Shown here in pieces: positions 48,702 to 59,812 of a DNA stretch of 64,000 nucleotides. The DNA comes from Acutalibacteraceae bacterium (GTDB taxonomy: Bacteria; Bacillota; Clostridia; Oscillospirales; Acutalibacteraceae), in assembly GCA_045125175.1 (NCBI GenBank), contig JBGVNA010000056.1, forward strand, positions 11,339 through 75,338, read 5' to 3'. The number at the start of each line of letters is the position of its first letter. Position 1 is the first letter of the stretch. The notes beneath the pieces were generated by a model, which was not told where the DNA came from, did not search any database, and saw nothing but the letters and a program-made list of their open reading frames with translations. The translations under genes were made by a program, and so were the position numbers.

Positions 48702-49793
48702 TTAGTCGTTGTTGATATATACGGGCTTGCCTGTTTTGGCTGATTCATAGATTGCTTCAAGAATCTGAGTAACAACCATAGCCTGCTCGGGTCTTGTGCG
48801 AAGCTCTGCACCGTTGAGCACTGCATCGTAGAATGCGCGGCATTCAAGCTCCTCGGGTTTGTCGCTTGCGCCGTCATAGAAGGCAACGCCGCCTGCATTG
48901 AAGTTCGGAGTTTCGATAACCTGTCTGCCGTTCTTTACATAGTTAATGCGAAGGTCGTCGCCGAGCATATCTGCGCCGCCCTTAACGCCTGCAATAAGAG
49001 TTGAAGCTTCGCAGGGGTCTGCAATGTTGATTGCCCAGCTTGATTCAACGCTTACCGTTGCGCCGTTTTCCATAACAACGAAGCCGAAAGCGGAATCTTC
49101 AACAGTGTATTTTTCGGGGTCCCAGTCGCCCCATGCGTTTGCAGTGTTCTTCTGGTCGCCGAGCTTCTTATATTTTGTGCCTACAACCATCTTGGGCTTG
49201 TAGTTATCCATCATCCAGAGTGTGAGGTCAAGAGCGTGTGTGCCGATGTCGATGAGGGGGCCGCCGCCCTGCTCTTCTTCGTTGAGGAAAACGCCCCATG
49301 TGGGAACAGCTCTTCTGCGGAGAGCAAGAGCTCTTGCATAATAGATTTCGCCGAATTCGCCGTTTTCGCAGCATTCCTTAAGGTAGAGAGAATCGCCTCT
49401 CCAGCGTGACTGATAGCCGATTGAAAGAACTTTGCCTGTTCTTACCGATGCTTCATACATAGCCTTTGCCTCTGCATATGTTTTAGCCATGGGCTTTTCG
49501 CAGAGAACGTGCTTGCCTGCTTCAAGAGCATCGATTGTGATGAAGCTGTGTGACTTGTTGGGGGTGCAAACATGAACCGCAACTATGCTTTCGTCTTTAA
49601 GAAGCTCTTTGTAGTCGGTGTAAACCTTGGCATTTTCGCTGCCGTATTTCTTAGCGGTTTCGATTGCTCTTTCTTCAATAATATCGCAGAATGCAACAGG
49701 CTCAAGGAAATCAATGTTTTCAATTGCTCTGAGGTGTTTTCCGTTTGCGATGCCGCCGCATCCGATTATACCGATTTTGACTTTTTCTGCCAT
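48702..49793 (-). CDS. Gfo/Idh/MocA family oxidoreductase
   Basis: GCGGIA, CTPNKSH, CEKPMA, GGGPLIDIGTH. Confidence 0.92.
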   Translation of the reverse strand: MAEKVKIGIIGCGGIANGKHLRAIENIDFLEPVAFCDIIEERAIETAKKYGSENAKVYTDYKELLKDESIVAVHVCTPNKSHSFITIDALEAGKHVLCEKPMAKTYAEAKAMYEASVRTGKVLSIGYQSRWRGDSLYLKECCENGEFGEIYYARALALRRRAVPTWGVFLNEEEQGGGPLIDIGTHALDLTLWMMDNYKPKMVVGTKYKKLGDQKNTANAWGDWDPEKYTVEDSAFGFVVMENGATVSVESSWAINIADPCEASTLIAGVKGGADMLGDDLRINYVKNGRQVIETPNFNAGGVAFYDGASDKPEELECRAFYDAVLNGAELRTRPEQAMVVTQILEAIYESAKTGKPVYINND

Positions 49794-50009
49794 TTCAATT
49801 TCTCCTTAGAATATATATTGCGGATTACCCGCTTATTCAGTTTTATTATAATACTTTATTACAGTAAATCAAGAAAAAATATTTTTTAAGGGTGTAAATT
49901 TTGAGAGCTTAAATTTAGTTAATTTTAACAAAAACGGTCAATAAAATTCCTTGACTGAATTTATAAGGGTTGCTATAATCAAAATATGTTGAAAGAAGAG
50001 GCGATTAAC

Positions 50010-50936
50010 TTGAAAATTTACAATAACGCAGCCGAAACCATAGGTAACACGCCGCTTGTGCGCTTCGGAGCTTATGCAAAAGAAGCCGAAGCAAAGGCGG
50101 AAATTCTTGCGAAGCTTGAATACAGAAATCCCGCAGGCAGTGCCAAGGACAGGGTCGGTTTTGAAATGCTCCGTGCCGCAATGGCAGAGGGTAAAATAAA
50201 TGAGAATTCTGTTATAATTGAGCCTACAAGCGGCAACACGGGCATAGGCATTGCTTCCGTTGCGGCTCAGATGGGGCTTAAGGTTATAATTACAATGCCC
50301 GAAACCATGAGCGTTGAGCGCAGAAAACTTCTTGCGGCTTACGGTGCTCAGCTTGTGCTGACCGAAGGCTCAAAGGGCATGGCGGGCGCAATTGCAAAGG
50401 CAAACGAGCTTGCCGAAGAAATTGACGGCAGCTTTATTCCTGCTCAGTTTGACAACCCCGCAAATGCTGATGCGCACTATAAAACAACAGGCCCCGAGAT
50501 ATGGAAGGATACCGAGGGCGGAGTTGATATTTTTGTTGCAGGTGTCGGCACGGGCGGCACGGTAACGGGTGTCGGCAGATATCTTAAAGAAAAAAATCCC
50601 GGGGTTAAAGTTATCGCCGTTGAGCCTGCTGATTCACCCTTCCTTTCGCAGGGCAGGGCAGGTGCGCACGGACTTCAGGGCATCGGTGCGGGCTTTGTGC
50701 CGTCTATTCTGGACACAGATATATATGACGAAATCATAACCGTTACAACCGACGAGGCATATGCCGCCGCAAGGCAGACGGTTAAAACAGAGGGGATTCT
50801 CGTCGGCATTTCGTCGGGTGCGGCTCTTCATGCGGCAACGCTTGTTGCAAAAAGACCCGAAAACGCAGGCAAAAAAATTGTTGTTCTTTTGCCCGACGGC
50901 GGAGAGAGATATCTTTCAACGCCGATGTTTGAATAA
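50010..50936 (+). CDS. cysK: Cysteine synthase A
   Basis: GNTPLV, NPAGSAKDR, TSGNTG, GVGTGGT, GERYLST; TTG at 50010 or ATG at 49986 as start; TTGACT-17-TATAAT promoter at 49951-49979. Confidence 0.95.
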   Translation: MKIYNNAAETIGNTPLVRFGAYAKEAEAKAEILAKLEYRNPAGSAKDRVGFEMLRAAMAEGKINENSVIIEPTSGNTGIGIASVAAQMGLKVIITMPETMSVERRKLLAAYGAQLVLTEGSKGMAGAIAKANELAEEIDGSFIPAQFDNPANADAHYKTTGPEIWKDTEGGVDIFVAGVGTGGTVTGVGRYLKEKNPGVKVIAVEPADSPFLSQGRAGAHGLQGIGAGFVPSILDTDIYDEIITVTTDEAYAAARQTVKTEGILVGISSGAALHAATLVAKRPENAGKKIVVLLPDGGERYLSTPMFE

Positions 50937-50950
50937 ATCGACAGTCAGAG

Positions 50951-50976
50951 AAGCAGCTCTTCGGAGCTGCTTTTTT
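50951..50976 (+). terminator. Terminator after cysK
   Basis: AAGCAGCTC / GAGCTGCTT plus T-run. Confidence 0.8.
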
Positions 50977-51106
50977 ATGTTAATTTGTGAAATTTTTGCA
51001 CAAGGAAAAGGTGTGAAATTTAGCTATATTTTCGCTTGAATTTACCAAATATAAGGGATAGAATAGGGGATAGAATGCAGTTGGATTGAAAGAAGGTGCA
51101 TTAACA

Positions 51107-51460
51107 ATGGATACAAACAGAATTATTATGGATGAGAGCGATAATTTAGGCTCGGTTATAAAACAGCTTGTTGATTTCGATGCCCGCCAGCGGGAGCTGA
51201 TTGCCGATGACCTTGCATCGAGAGAAGCTCAGCGAAAGGAGCTTGAAGTCAGGCGGAGCGAAATTAATGCGAAATACATGAAGCAGGCTGAGGAAAGGCT
51301 TGAAAGGCTTGCCGAAAGCGAAAACAGCAGCGCAGACAGAGCCATAAAGGCCATTGAAAACGCTTCAAGAAAAAATATTTCTGAGCTTGAAAAAACGGCA
51401 GAGGAAAACATCGACGATTGGGTAAATATGATTTACAAGCGCACGGTCAGCGGCGAATAA
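51107..51460 (+). CDS. V/A-type ATPase peripheral stalk subunit G/H-like
   Basis: Short charged helical protein heading the V-type operon. Confidence 0.65.
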   Translation: MDTNRIIMDESDNLGSVIKQLVDFDARQRELIADDLASREAQRKELEVRRSEINAKYMKQAEERLERLAESENSSADRAIKAIENASRKNISELEKTAEENIDDWVNMIYKRTVSGE

Positions 51461-51490
51461 ATTTTCTGAATTTCCGAAAGGAGGGCGGCA

Positions 51491-52546
51491 ATGAGCTCAA
51501 AAGCATCAAATTCGGTTATGACAAGGGCGAGAGCCAAATACGGCAGCCGCCTTACCGCAGATGATTACGGTGCGCTTGCAGGGCTTACGGGGCTTGCGGA
51601 GGTTGTTTCTTATCTGAGAACAAGAACTCACTTTGCACCCTTTTTTGAAAAGCTTGCGACGGACCCGCAGCTTTCAAAAATCAAGCTTGAAAATGCGCTG
51701 AAAACCGCTTTTATAACAGAAGCTCAAAGACTCTGCGGCTTTGAAAAGAGCGTAGGCAGCAGCATTTTCAGATATATTGCAGTAACGAGAGAAACGGAGC
51801 TTATTCTTGATTATATAATCAATCTTTCGCTCGGCACGCCCGAAAAGATGATTTTAAAAACTCCCGAAAAATATAATTGCGGAACAAAAATCGATTTTTC
51901 AAAGCTTTTTCAGATAAAAAGTGCAACGGAGCTTTCAAAATATCTTGCAAAAACGGGTTATTCAAAGCTTGTTGCGGTTTTGCCGGGAAAAGACGGCGGC
52001 GAGTTTGATATTTCGCTTATCGAAGCCACTCTCGGCAGAATAAAATATAAAATGCTTTTAGACGAAATAAACAGAGTGTTCCCCGCCGAAACGGCGAAAA
52101 TTCTCTCTCACGGAAATCTGATGAGAGCGGAGCTTGCGGATATCAACATGATTTACAGGGCGAAAAAATATTACGGTCTTTCCGAAAGCTATATAAGAAC
52201 GAATATGATGGGCTACCGATGTCTGCTTTCCGCAAAGCTTTTTGACGGAATTCTTGCTTCAAAAACCTCGGAGGAAGCTTTGAAAATTCTGAAAGGCTCA
52301 CGGTACGCCTCAAAAATAGATAAACACGGCATTGACGATTTTGAGATTTTCTGCGAAAAAGCGGTTATTGATGATGATATAAAACAAATTCATTTTTCCG
52401 CAGACCCCGCCGTTGTGCTTTCATCTTATCTGCGCATTCTTGAAGCCGAATGCGATAACGTAACAAAAATAATCGAGGGCATTTCTTATAAAGTTCCGAA
52501 AGAAGAGATTCTCTCAAATCTGATAATAATTGAGAAAGGAGCGTGA
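51491..52546 (+). CDS. V/A-type ATPase subunit C
   Basis: RARAKYG N-terminus, IYRAKKYY, KIIEGISY; operon position. Confidence 0.85.
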   Translation: MSSKASNSVMTRARAKYGSRLTADDYGALAGLTGLAEVVSYLRTRTHFAPFFEKLATDPQLSKIKLENALKTAFITEAQRLCGFEKSVGSSIFRYIAVTRETELILDYIINLSLGTPEKMILKTPEKYNCGTKIDFSKLFQIKSATELSKYLAKTGYSKLVAVLPGKDGGEFDISLIEATLGRIKYKMLLDEINRVFPAETAKILSHGNLMRAELADINMIYRAKKYYGLSESYIRTNMMGYRCLLSAKLFDGILASKTSEEALKILKGSRYASKIDKHGIDDFEIFCEKAVIDDDIKQIHFSADPAVVLSSYLRILEAECDNVTKIIEGISYKVPKEEILSNLIIIEKGA

Positions 52547-52550
52547 GTGA

Positions 52551-54470
52551 ATGGCTGTTGAAAAAATGAAGCTGCTGAGCATACTCGGCCCTTATGACGA
52601 CCTCAACCGTGTAATCGATATGTGCATTGAAAGCGAAAGCTTCCAGCCCGAAAGCGCTTCGGATTTTATGGGCGATTCAGACGGATTTTCATATCTGAGC
52701 GAGGAAAATCCCTATTCGTTCAGATTAATGAAAATCAAGGAAATTTTTGAGCATTTCGGATATACTCCGAAATTTGTTGAAGATTGTCTGCAGGTTGATG
52801 TTGAAGAGGCAAACAGAAGAATTGATAACCTCTATGAAACAATCAGAACAATCAAAGACCACGACACCGTTGTTGACACGAAAATCGAGGACACCAAAAG
52901 GGCGATTGAGCAGCTTTCTCATTTTGTGCATATGGATATCAATCTTGACGATGTTCACGCCTGCGATTATGTCCGTGTGCGTTTCGGCAGGCTGCCGTTT
53001 GACGGCTTCGAAAAGCTGAAAAAATACAATAAGGATATCAGCTCGATTTTCTATCCCGATTCAAGCGACGATGTGGGATATTGGGGAATGTATGTTGCGC
53101 CAATCGATAAAACTCCCGAGGTGGACAGGGTTTATGCCTCGCTGTTTTTTGAAAGAATACGTCTTTCCGCATTCCACGGCACTCCCGCCGCAACCGTAGA
53201 GCATCTTAAAGAAGAACTCAAGGTTATGCAGGAGAGCAAAAAGGAAATCGATGAAAGCGGAGATAACTATTTTGATGAGCATACAGACCTTTTCAATCTG
53301 TACTATTCAAAAATAAAAACGCTTCATGATAAATTTGATGTGCGCAAGTATGCCGCCAAATATCACGGCAGCTTTTTCCTTGCGGGCTGGGTTCCCAAGA
53401 GTGCCGAAAAGCCGCTTGTTGACAAGCTTCATTCGGTTGAGGGCGTTGAGGTTGAGTCGGCAGACCCGAAGGATATCAAAAAGCTTAAGCCGCCCACAAA
53501 AATGAAGAATTCGCTTCTCACAAGGGCCTATGAATTCTACACTGAGATTTACGGCGTTCCCTCATATAACGAAATCGATCCCACGCCGCTGATAGCGGTT
53601 GTTTATACCCTGCTTTACGGCATAATGTTTGCCGATCTGGGTCAGGGCATTGTGCTTTCGCTTGTCGGCTGGTTCATGTATAAATTCATGAATATGCGCC
53701 TCGGTAAAATTCTTGTTCCCTGCGGAATAAGCGCCGCAATATTCGGCACGGCGTTCGGCAGCGTTTTCGGCTATGAGCATTGGCTTGACCCGATGTTCCG
53801 TGCGCTCGGCTTTGAGGAAAAGCCGATTGAAATAATGGATTCTGCGCTGATGTTTATAGTTGTTTCAATCGTTCTCGGCGTTGCGGTTATTATTGTTTCA
53901 ATGCTGTTCAATGTTTTTTCAAGCATAAAGAAACGGGATTTCGGCTCGGCGATATTCGGACATAACGGCATAAGCGGTATTGTGCTTTATTCTTCTCTCA
54001 TTCTTCTGCTTATCAATATGTTCATAGGTCTCGGCATCAGCACAAAGGCTCTTGCAATCGGCGGAATCCTTGTTCCCGTTATTCTGATTTTCCTGCATCA
54101 TCCGCTGGGCGAAATCGTATGCGGCAGAAAGCCGGAAATCGGCAGCGTTTCCGATTTCATTATCGAGAATTTCTTTGAGCTGTTTGAGGTTATTCTCAGC
54201 TATATGTCAAACACCCTGAGCTTCCTGCGAGTCGGTGCATTCGTGCTCATTCATGCCTGCATGATGTCAACCTTCTCTGCTCTTGCCGGAATCACGGGCG
54301 GCGGTGCGGCAGCCGTGATAATAATGGTGTTCGGCAACATTTTTGTTATTGCTCTTGAAGGTCTGCTTGTCGGAATTCAGGTGCTCCGACTTAATTTCTA
54401 CGAAATATTCAGCAGATTTTATGACGGCGACGGTATTCCGTTCAATCCCGTTAAAATCAATGCTGATTAA
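52551..54470 (+). CDS. V/A-type ATPase subunit I (a)
   Basis: EIDPTP, GIMFADLGQG, SNTLSFLRV, QVLRLNFYEIF. Confidence 0.93.
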   Translation: MAVEKMKLLSILGPYDDLNRVIDMCIESESFQPESASDFMGDSDGFSYLSEENPYSFRLMKIKEIFEHFGYTPKFVEDCLQVDVEEANRRIDNLYETIRTIKDHDTVVDTKIEDTKRAIEQLSHFVHMDINLDDVHACDYVRVRFGRLPFDGFEKLKKYNKDISSIFYPDSSDDVGYWGMYVAPIDKTPEVDRVYASLFFERIRLSAFHGTPAATVEHLKEELKVMQESKKEIDESGDNYFDEHTDLFNLYYSKIKTLHDKFDVRKYAAKYHGSFFLAGWVPKSAEKPLVDKLHSVEGVEVESADPKDIKKLKPPTKMKNSLLTRAYEFYTEIYGVPSYNEIDPTPLIAVVYTLLYGIMFADLGQGIVLSLVGWFMYKFMNMRLGKILVPCGISAAIFGTAFGSVFGYEHWLDPMFRALGFEEKPIEIMDSALMFIVVSIVLGVAVIIVSMLFNVFSSIKKRDFGSAIFGHNGISGIVLYSSLILLLINMFIGLGISTKALAIGGILVPVILIFLHHPLGEIVCGRKPEIGSVSDFIIENFFELFEVILSYMSNTLSFLRVGAFVLIHACMMSTFSALAGITGGGAAAVIIMVFGNIFVIALEGLLVGIQVLRLNFYEIFSRFYDGDGIPFNPVKINAD

Positions 54471-54493
54471 TGTTAAATAAAGGAGATTTAATT

Positions 54494-54976
54494 ATGTCAT
54501 CACTTACTATTGCTCTTTGCGTTATACTTCCCGTTCTTGCTCTTGTTATTTCAGTCTGGGCTTCAATCCGCTGCATGGATAAAACCAAAAGCGGCAAAAA
54601 AGCCTTCGGCAGACAGCTTCTTGTTCTCGGCGTTGCTCTTACGGTTGCATTTTCATGCATGAGCGTTGCATATGCTGCTGATGAAGCAGCCCCCGCAGAA
54701 GCAGCAGCGGTTGAAACCGTTGAAGAGGCAGAGGAAACATCAACAGACGGCGGAATCGCACAGGGTCTGAGCTTTATCGGCGCAGCTCTTGCAATCGGTC
54801 TTGCGGCTATCGGCGCAGGCATTGCCCTTGCATCGGGCGCACCCGCAGCTATCGGTGCCGTTGCGGAAGACCCCAAGTCATTCGGTAAGGCAATGATTTT
54901 CGTTGCTCTCGGTGAAGCGGTTGCCATCTATGGCTTCATTATCGCTTTCCTCATGATTCTCCCCACACTTCAGTAA
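54494..54976 (+). CDS. V/A-type ATPase proteolipid subunit K/c with N-terminal extension
   Basis: One c-type hairpin (GLAAIGAG...LGEAVAIYG) preceded by two extra hydrophobic segments and an acidic linker. Confidence 0.9.
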   Translation: MSSLTIALCVILPVLALVISVWASIRCMDKTKSGKKAFGRQLLVLGVALTVAFSCMSVAYAADEAAPAEAAAVETVEEAEETSTDGGIAQGLSFIGAALAIGLAAIGAGIALASGAPAAIGAVAEDPKSFGKAMIFVALGEAVAIYGFIIAFLMILPTLQ

Positions 54977-54979
54977 GAT

Positions 54980-55285
54980 ATGAAATTCAGGCTTATAACA
55001 GACAGTCGGGATGCTCTCACGGGAATGCGCCTTGCGGGCATTGAGGGCGTTTATGCCGACACAGCGGAAAGTGCCGAAAGGGAGCTTAAAGCGTGCGTTG
55101 ACGATAAGGATACCGGCATTATTCTTGTAACGGAGAATATTGCATCGGCATGCACGGAGCTTATCGATTCGATGAAGCTCGGCGAAAGCGGAACCCTTGT
55201 TGTTACCGTTCCCGGCTCAAAAAACGAGCAGTCGGGCGATAACATCATGCGCTATGTGCGTGAAGCAATCGGCATTAAGATTTAA
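54980..55285 (+). CDS. V/A-type ATPase subunit F
   Basis: TGMRLAGIEG, GIILVTE, VREAIGIKI. Confidence 0.92.
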   Translation: MKFRLITDSRDALTGMRLAGIEGVYADTAESAERELKACVDDKDTGIILVTENIASACTELIDSMKLGESGTLVVTVPGSKNEQSGDNIMRYVREAIGIKI

Positions 55286-55297
55286 GGCGGTGAATAT

Positions 55298-55894
55298 ATG
55301 ATTCAGCAAAGCAAAATAAACAGCTTTATAAAATCCATAACCGATACGGCGGCTGAAAAAAGAGCGGCGGTAAATGCGGAAACAAAGGATATAATAGATG
55401 CCGAAATTGCCGCCATGGAGGCGCAGGCAAAAAAGGCCGCAGAGGATTATGTTAAATCAAAATCCGCCTCAATAAAACTTGAGGCAGGGCGCCGGATATC
55501 CGAAAGAGCGGCGGAGTGCAGACAGGAGGTTTTCGGCAAAAGGGACGAGATTGCAGAAAAAACCCTCAGCCGTGCAGGCGAAAAGCTCCGCAGGTTTACA
55601 AAAAGCGAGGATTATAAAGCTTTTATTCTCGAAAGTGCGGAGAATATTCTCGCATCCTTCGGCGCAGAAAATGTTACCCTGCTTCTCAGACCCGAGGATA
55701 TGGTTTTTGAGGCCGCAATATGTGAAAAATTCCCCAATGCATCCGTTTCAAAGGATTCAACAATAAAAATCGGCGGATTGAAGGGCATCAACTCAACCGT
55801 GACCCTGCTTGTTGATGACACTCTTGACAGCCGCCTTGAAAATCAGAAAAGATGGTTTGAGGAAAATTCGGGTCTTTATATCAGCATGAGATGA
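55298..55894 (+). CDS. V/A-type ATPase subunit E
   Basis: Helical N-terminus, IGG and DDTLDSRL at the C-terminus. Confidence 0.85.
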   Translation: MIQQSKINSFIKSITDTAAEKRAAVNAETKDIIDAEIAAMEAQAKKAAEDYVKSKSASIKLEAGRRISERAAECRQEVFGKRDEIAEKTLSRAGEKLRRFTKSEDYKAFILESAENILASFGAENVTLLLRPEDMVFEAAICEKFPNASVSKDSTIKIGGLKGINSTVTLLVDDTLDSRLENQKRWFEENSGLYISMR

Positions 55895-55904
55895 GGAAAA
55901 TATT

Positions 55905-57662
55905 ATGTCCAACAATACTGTTTTCGGAATAAACGGACCTGTTGTGACCGTTGCGGATACAAAAGATTTTTCCATGCAGGAAATGGTCTATGTCGGCAGG
56001 GAAAGACTGGTCGGCGAGGTTATTTCGATTGATGACAGGTTCACTACAATTCAGGTTTATGAGGTAACAACGGGTCTTACCCCCGGCGAGCCTGTTGAGG
56101 GCACGGGCAGCCCCATTTCCGTTACACTCGGCCCCGGAATTATCAAAAATATATATGACGGAATTCAGCGCCCCCTGCGTGAAATTGCCGAAAAAAGCGG
56201 CGAATTCATTGAGAGAGGCTGCTTTGCGGCAGGCATTAACCAAGATTTGCTTTGGGATGTTACCGTTACGGCAAAGCCGGGCGATGAGCTTTGCGGCGGC
56301 GATGTTTACGCAACATGCCCCGAAACGCCTTCAATCGTTCATAAGGTTATGGTTCCGCCGGATATATGCGGCAAGGTTACTTTTGCGGCGGAGAGCGGCA
56401 GCTATAACGTAAATTCAAAAATTCTTGAAATTACCGATAAAAACGGCAGGGTGCATGAGCTGACACTTTGCCACAAATGGCCGATCAGAACACCCCGACC
56501 CATAAAGAAGCGTTTGCCTTGCACGGTTCCGCTTATCACGGGGCAGAGAGTTATCGATACGCTTATGCCTATTGCAAAGGGAGGCACTGCGGCTATTCCC
56601 GGCGGCTTCGGCACGGGTAAAACGATGACTCAGCATCAGCTTGCCAAGTGGTGCGATGCGGATATCATTATCTATGTCGGCTGCGGTGAGAGAGGCAACG
56701 AAATGACGCAGGTTCTTGATGAATTCGGCGAGCTTATCGACCCGAGAACGGGCAGAAAGCTGACCGACAGAACCGTTCTGATTGCCAACACATCCAACAT
56801 GCCCGTTGCCGCAAGAGAGGCTTCGATTTATACAGGCATCACCCTTGCGGAATATTATCGTGATATGGGCTATGCTGTTGCGATGATGGCTGACTCCACC
56901 TCAAGGTGGGCAGAGGCTCTGCGTGAAATCTCGGGCAGACTTGAAGAAATGCCCGCCGAGGAAGGCTTCCCCGCCTATCTTCCCTCACGCCTTGCCGCAT
57001 TTTATGAGAGAGCGGGCAGAGTGCAGGCTCTTAACGGCGATGAGGGCTCGGTAACGGTTATCGGCGCAGTTTCGCCTCAGGGCTCTGATTTTTCCGAGCC
57101 TGTTACGCAGAACACCAAGCGTTTTACAAGAGTTTTCTGGGCACTGGACAAAGCCCTTGCGTATGCAAGGCATTATCCCGCAATCAACTGGACAGACAGC
57201 TACAGCGAATATGACGGCGACCTTGCCGATTATTATAACAACAACGTTAATTTTTCCTTTATGGAATATCGCAGGCAGATCCTCTCCTTGCTTCAGGAGG
57301 AGAGCAAGCTTATGGAAATCGTGAAGCTTATCGGTGCAGATGTTCTGCCTGATGACCAGAGGCTTGTTATCGATGTTGCGAGAGTAATAAGAGTCGGTTT
57401 TCTTCAGCAGAATGCTTATCACAAGGATGATACCTACGTGCCCCTTGAAAAGCAGTTTCTTATGATGAAAGCAATTCTTCATCTTTATGAAAAGGGCAGG
57501 GCTCTTATTGCCACGGGTAAGCCCGTTACGGGCATAACGAAGTCGGGCATTCTCGAAAAGCTTATCAAAATGAAATACGATATTCCCAACGATAAGCCCG
57601 AAATGTTTGACGGTTACATTGCCGAGATTGATTCCGTTATAAGCGGACTGATGGCGAGGTGA
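55905..57662 (+). CDS. V/A-type ATPase catalytic subunit A
   Basis: GGFGTGKT P-loop, [31 protein letters not shown]. Confidence 0.97.
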   Translation: MSNNTVFGINGPVVTVADTKDFSMQEMVYVGRERLVGEVISIDDRFTTIQVYEVTTGLTPGEPVEGTGSPISVTLGPGIIKNIYDGIQRPLREIAEKSGEFIERGCFAAGINQDLLWDVTVTAKPGDELCGGDVYATCPETPSIVHKVMVPPDICGKVTFAAESGSYNVNSKILEITDKNGRVHELTLCHKWPIRTPRPIKKRLPCTVPLITGQRVIDTLMPIAKGGTAAIPGGFGTGKTMTQHQLAKWCDADIIIYVGCGERGNEMTQVLDEFGELIDPRTGRKLTDRTVLIANTSNMPVAAREASIYTGITLAEYYRDMGYAVAMMADSTSRWAEALREISGRLEEMPAEEGFPAYLPSRLAAFYERAGRVQALNGDEGSVTVIGAVSPQGSDFSEPVTQNTKRFTRVFWALDKALAYARHYPAINWTDSYSEYDGDLADYYNNNVNFSFMEYRRQILSLLQEESKLMEIVKLIGADVLPDDQRLVIDVARVIRVGFLQQNAYHKDDTYVPLEKQFLMMKAILHLYEKGRALIATGKPVTGITKSGILEKLIKMKYDIPNDKPEMFDGYIAEIDSVISGLMAR

Positions 57663-59044
57663 GCTTTATGATTAAACAGTATATCGGATTAAATGAAATA
57701 TCGGGTTCTCTTGTTGTTCTCGACGGAGTGAAGAATGCAGGCTATGAAGAGGTTGTTGAATTCACCGTCGGCGGCAGCAGAGAAAAACGGACGGGAAGAA
57801 TAATTCAGATAGACGGCGAAAGGGTTGTTGCTCAGGTTTTTGAGGGCACAAAGGGTCTTTCTTTGAAAAACACGGGCACCGTGCCTATGGGCAGACCTAT
57901 GGAGCTGAAGCTCTCCGAAGAAATGCTCGGCAGAGTTTTTGACGGTGCAGGCAGACCCATTGATGGCTTCGGTGAAATTTATCCCGAGTTTTCAAGAGAT
58001 ATCAACGGCTCGTCAATCAATCCTGTTTCGAGAGTTTATCCCAGAAACTATATTGCCACGGGCATTTCGTCAATTGATGCGCTTTCAACCCTTATCAGAG
58101 GTCAGAAGCTCCCCATTTTCTCGGGTTACGGCATGAAGCATAACGAGCTTGCCGTGCAGATAGTCCGTCAGGCAAAAATTACGGGCGCAACGAGCGATAA
58201 TTTTGCGGTTGTTTTTGCCGCAATGGGTGTTAAAAACGACGTTGCGGATTATTTCCGCCGTTCATTTGAGGAATCCGGCGTTCTTTCAAAGGTTGTTATG
58301 TTCCTCAACCTTTCCGATGACCCGATTATTGAAAGAACAATCACTCCCCGCTGCGCTCTCACCGCTGCGGAATATCTTGCGTTTGAAAAGGGCATGCATA
58401 TCCTTGTTGTCATGACGGATATGTCATCATATTGCGAGGCTCTGCGTGAATTCAGCTCGTCAAAGGGCGAAATTCCCGGCAGAAAAGGTTATCCCGGATA
58501 TCTTTATTCAGACCTTGCGTCGCTCTATGAAAGAGCGGGTATGATAAAGGGCAGAGAGGGCTCTGTTACGCAGATTCCCATTCTCACAATGCCAAATGAT
58601 GATATAACCCACCCTGTGCCTGACCTTACGGGCTACATCACCGAGGGGCAGATTGTTCTTGACCGTGCGCTGGACAGCACGGGAATCTATCCGCCCGTCA
58701 GCGTTTTGCCGAGCCTTTCCCGTCTGATGAAGGACGGCATCGGCGAGGGTTACACGAGAGAGGACCATTCATCGCTTGCAAACCAGCTTTTCTCGGCATA
58801 TGCCAAGGTGCAGGATGCGGTTTCGCTTGCATCGGTTATCGGCGAGGATGAGCTTTCAGATATTGATAAAAAATATCTGGAATTCGGCAAAGAGTTTGAA
58901 AACAAATTCTTAAAGCAGGGAACAAGCGAAAACCGGTCAATTGAGGAAACTCTTGATTTGGGTTGGAAAATCCTCACCATATTGCCCGAAAGCGAGCTTG
59001 ACAGAGTAAGCGGCGAGCTTATCGAAAAATACTATCGCAGATAA
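57659..59044 (+). CDS. V/A-type ATPase subunit B
   Basis: [34 protein letters not shown]. Confidence 0.97.
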   Translation: MSFMIKQYIGLNEISGSLVVLDGVKNAGYEEVVEFTVGGSREKRTGRIIQIDGERVVAQVFEGTKGLSLKNTGTVPMGRPMELKLSEEMLGRVFDGAGRPIDGFGEIYPEFSRDINGSSINPVSRVYPRNYIATGISSIDALSTLIRGQKLPIFSGYGMKHNELAVQIVRQAKITGATSDNFAVVFAAMGVKNDVADYFRRSFEESGVLSKVVMFLNLSDDPIIERTITPRCALTAAEYLAFEKGMHILVVMTDMSSYCEALREFSSSKGEIPGRKGYPGYLYSDLASLYERAGMIKGREGSVTQIPILTMPNDDITHPVPDLTGYITEGQIVLDRALDSTGIYPPVSVLPSLSRLMKDGIGEGYTREDHSSLANQLFSAYAKVQDAVSLASVIGEDELSDIDKKYLEFGKEFENKFLKQGTSENRSIEETLDLGWKILTILPESELDRVSGELIEKYYRR

Positions 59045-59058
59045 AAGGAGATGAACTC

Positions 59059-59667
59059 ATGTCGGCCAAGGTATCGCCCACCAAAGGCAATCTGATGAAA
59101 ATAAAAAAGTCGCTGGAGCTTGCCAGGGTCGGTTATGAGCTTCTTGACCGCAAGCGAAATATTCTTGTGCGTGAAACCATGGGCATGATAGAAAGCGCAA
59201 AGGATATCCGTGAGCGCATCAACGAAAGCTACCGTCTTGCCTATGAAGCCCTTGAAAAGGCTAACATGAGCATGGGCTCGGTTGATGATTTTGCGGCGTT
59301 TGTTCCGGTTGAAAACGGGCTTTCCCTTTCCTCACGCAGCGTCATGGGCGTTGAAATTCCGTCGGTTACTCTTGAAGCCGAGAAAATTGATAACTATTAT
59401 GGCTTCAAGCGCACGAATTCAAAGCTTGACGAGGCGTATAAGCTTTTTAATGAGGCGAAAAATCTTACCGCCGAGCTTGCGGAAACGGAAAACAGCATTT
59501 ACCGCCTTGCAACGGGCATCAAAAAAGCGCAGAAAAGAGCCAATGCTCTTAAAAATATAATTATTCCTCGTTTTGAAGAGCAGGTTAAATCCATAACCTC
59601 CGCCCTTGATGAAAAGGAGAGGGAAGAATTTTCACGTCTTAAGGTGATAAAGAAAATCGTTGAATAG
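59059..59667 (+). CDS. V/A-type ATPase subunit D
   Basis: PTKGNL, GYELLDRKR, KRANAL, EREEFSRLK. Confidence 0.95.
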   Translation: MSAKVSPTKGNLMKIKKSLELARVGYELLDRKRNILVRETMGMIESAKDIRERINESYRLAYEALEKANMSMGSVDDFAAFVPVENGLSLSSRSVMGVEIPSVTLEAEKIDNYYGFKRTNSKLDEAYKLFNEAKNLTAELAETENSIYRLATGIKKAQKRANALKNIIIPRFEEQVKSITSALDEKEREEFSRLKVIKKIVE

Positions 59668-59812
59668 TTCATCTGTAATTAAAAATTTTGTTTAGATTTT
59701 GTTAAAAAGTAATTCCTGCCATTGACATATTAAACAAAAAGTGCTAATATTAATTATCTTTGAATTGCGTTTATCGCATCAAAAGTAAAAAATTATGAAA
59801 GGACAGACCAAA

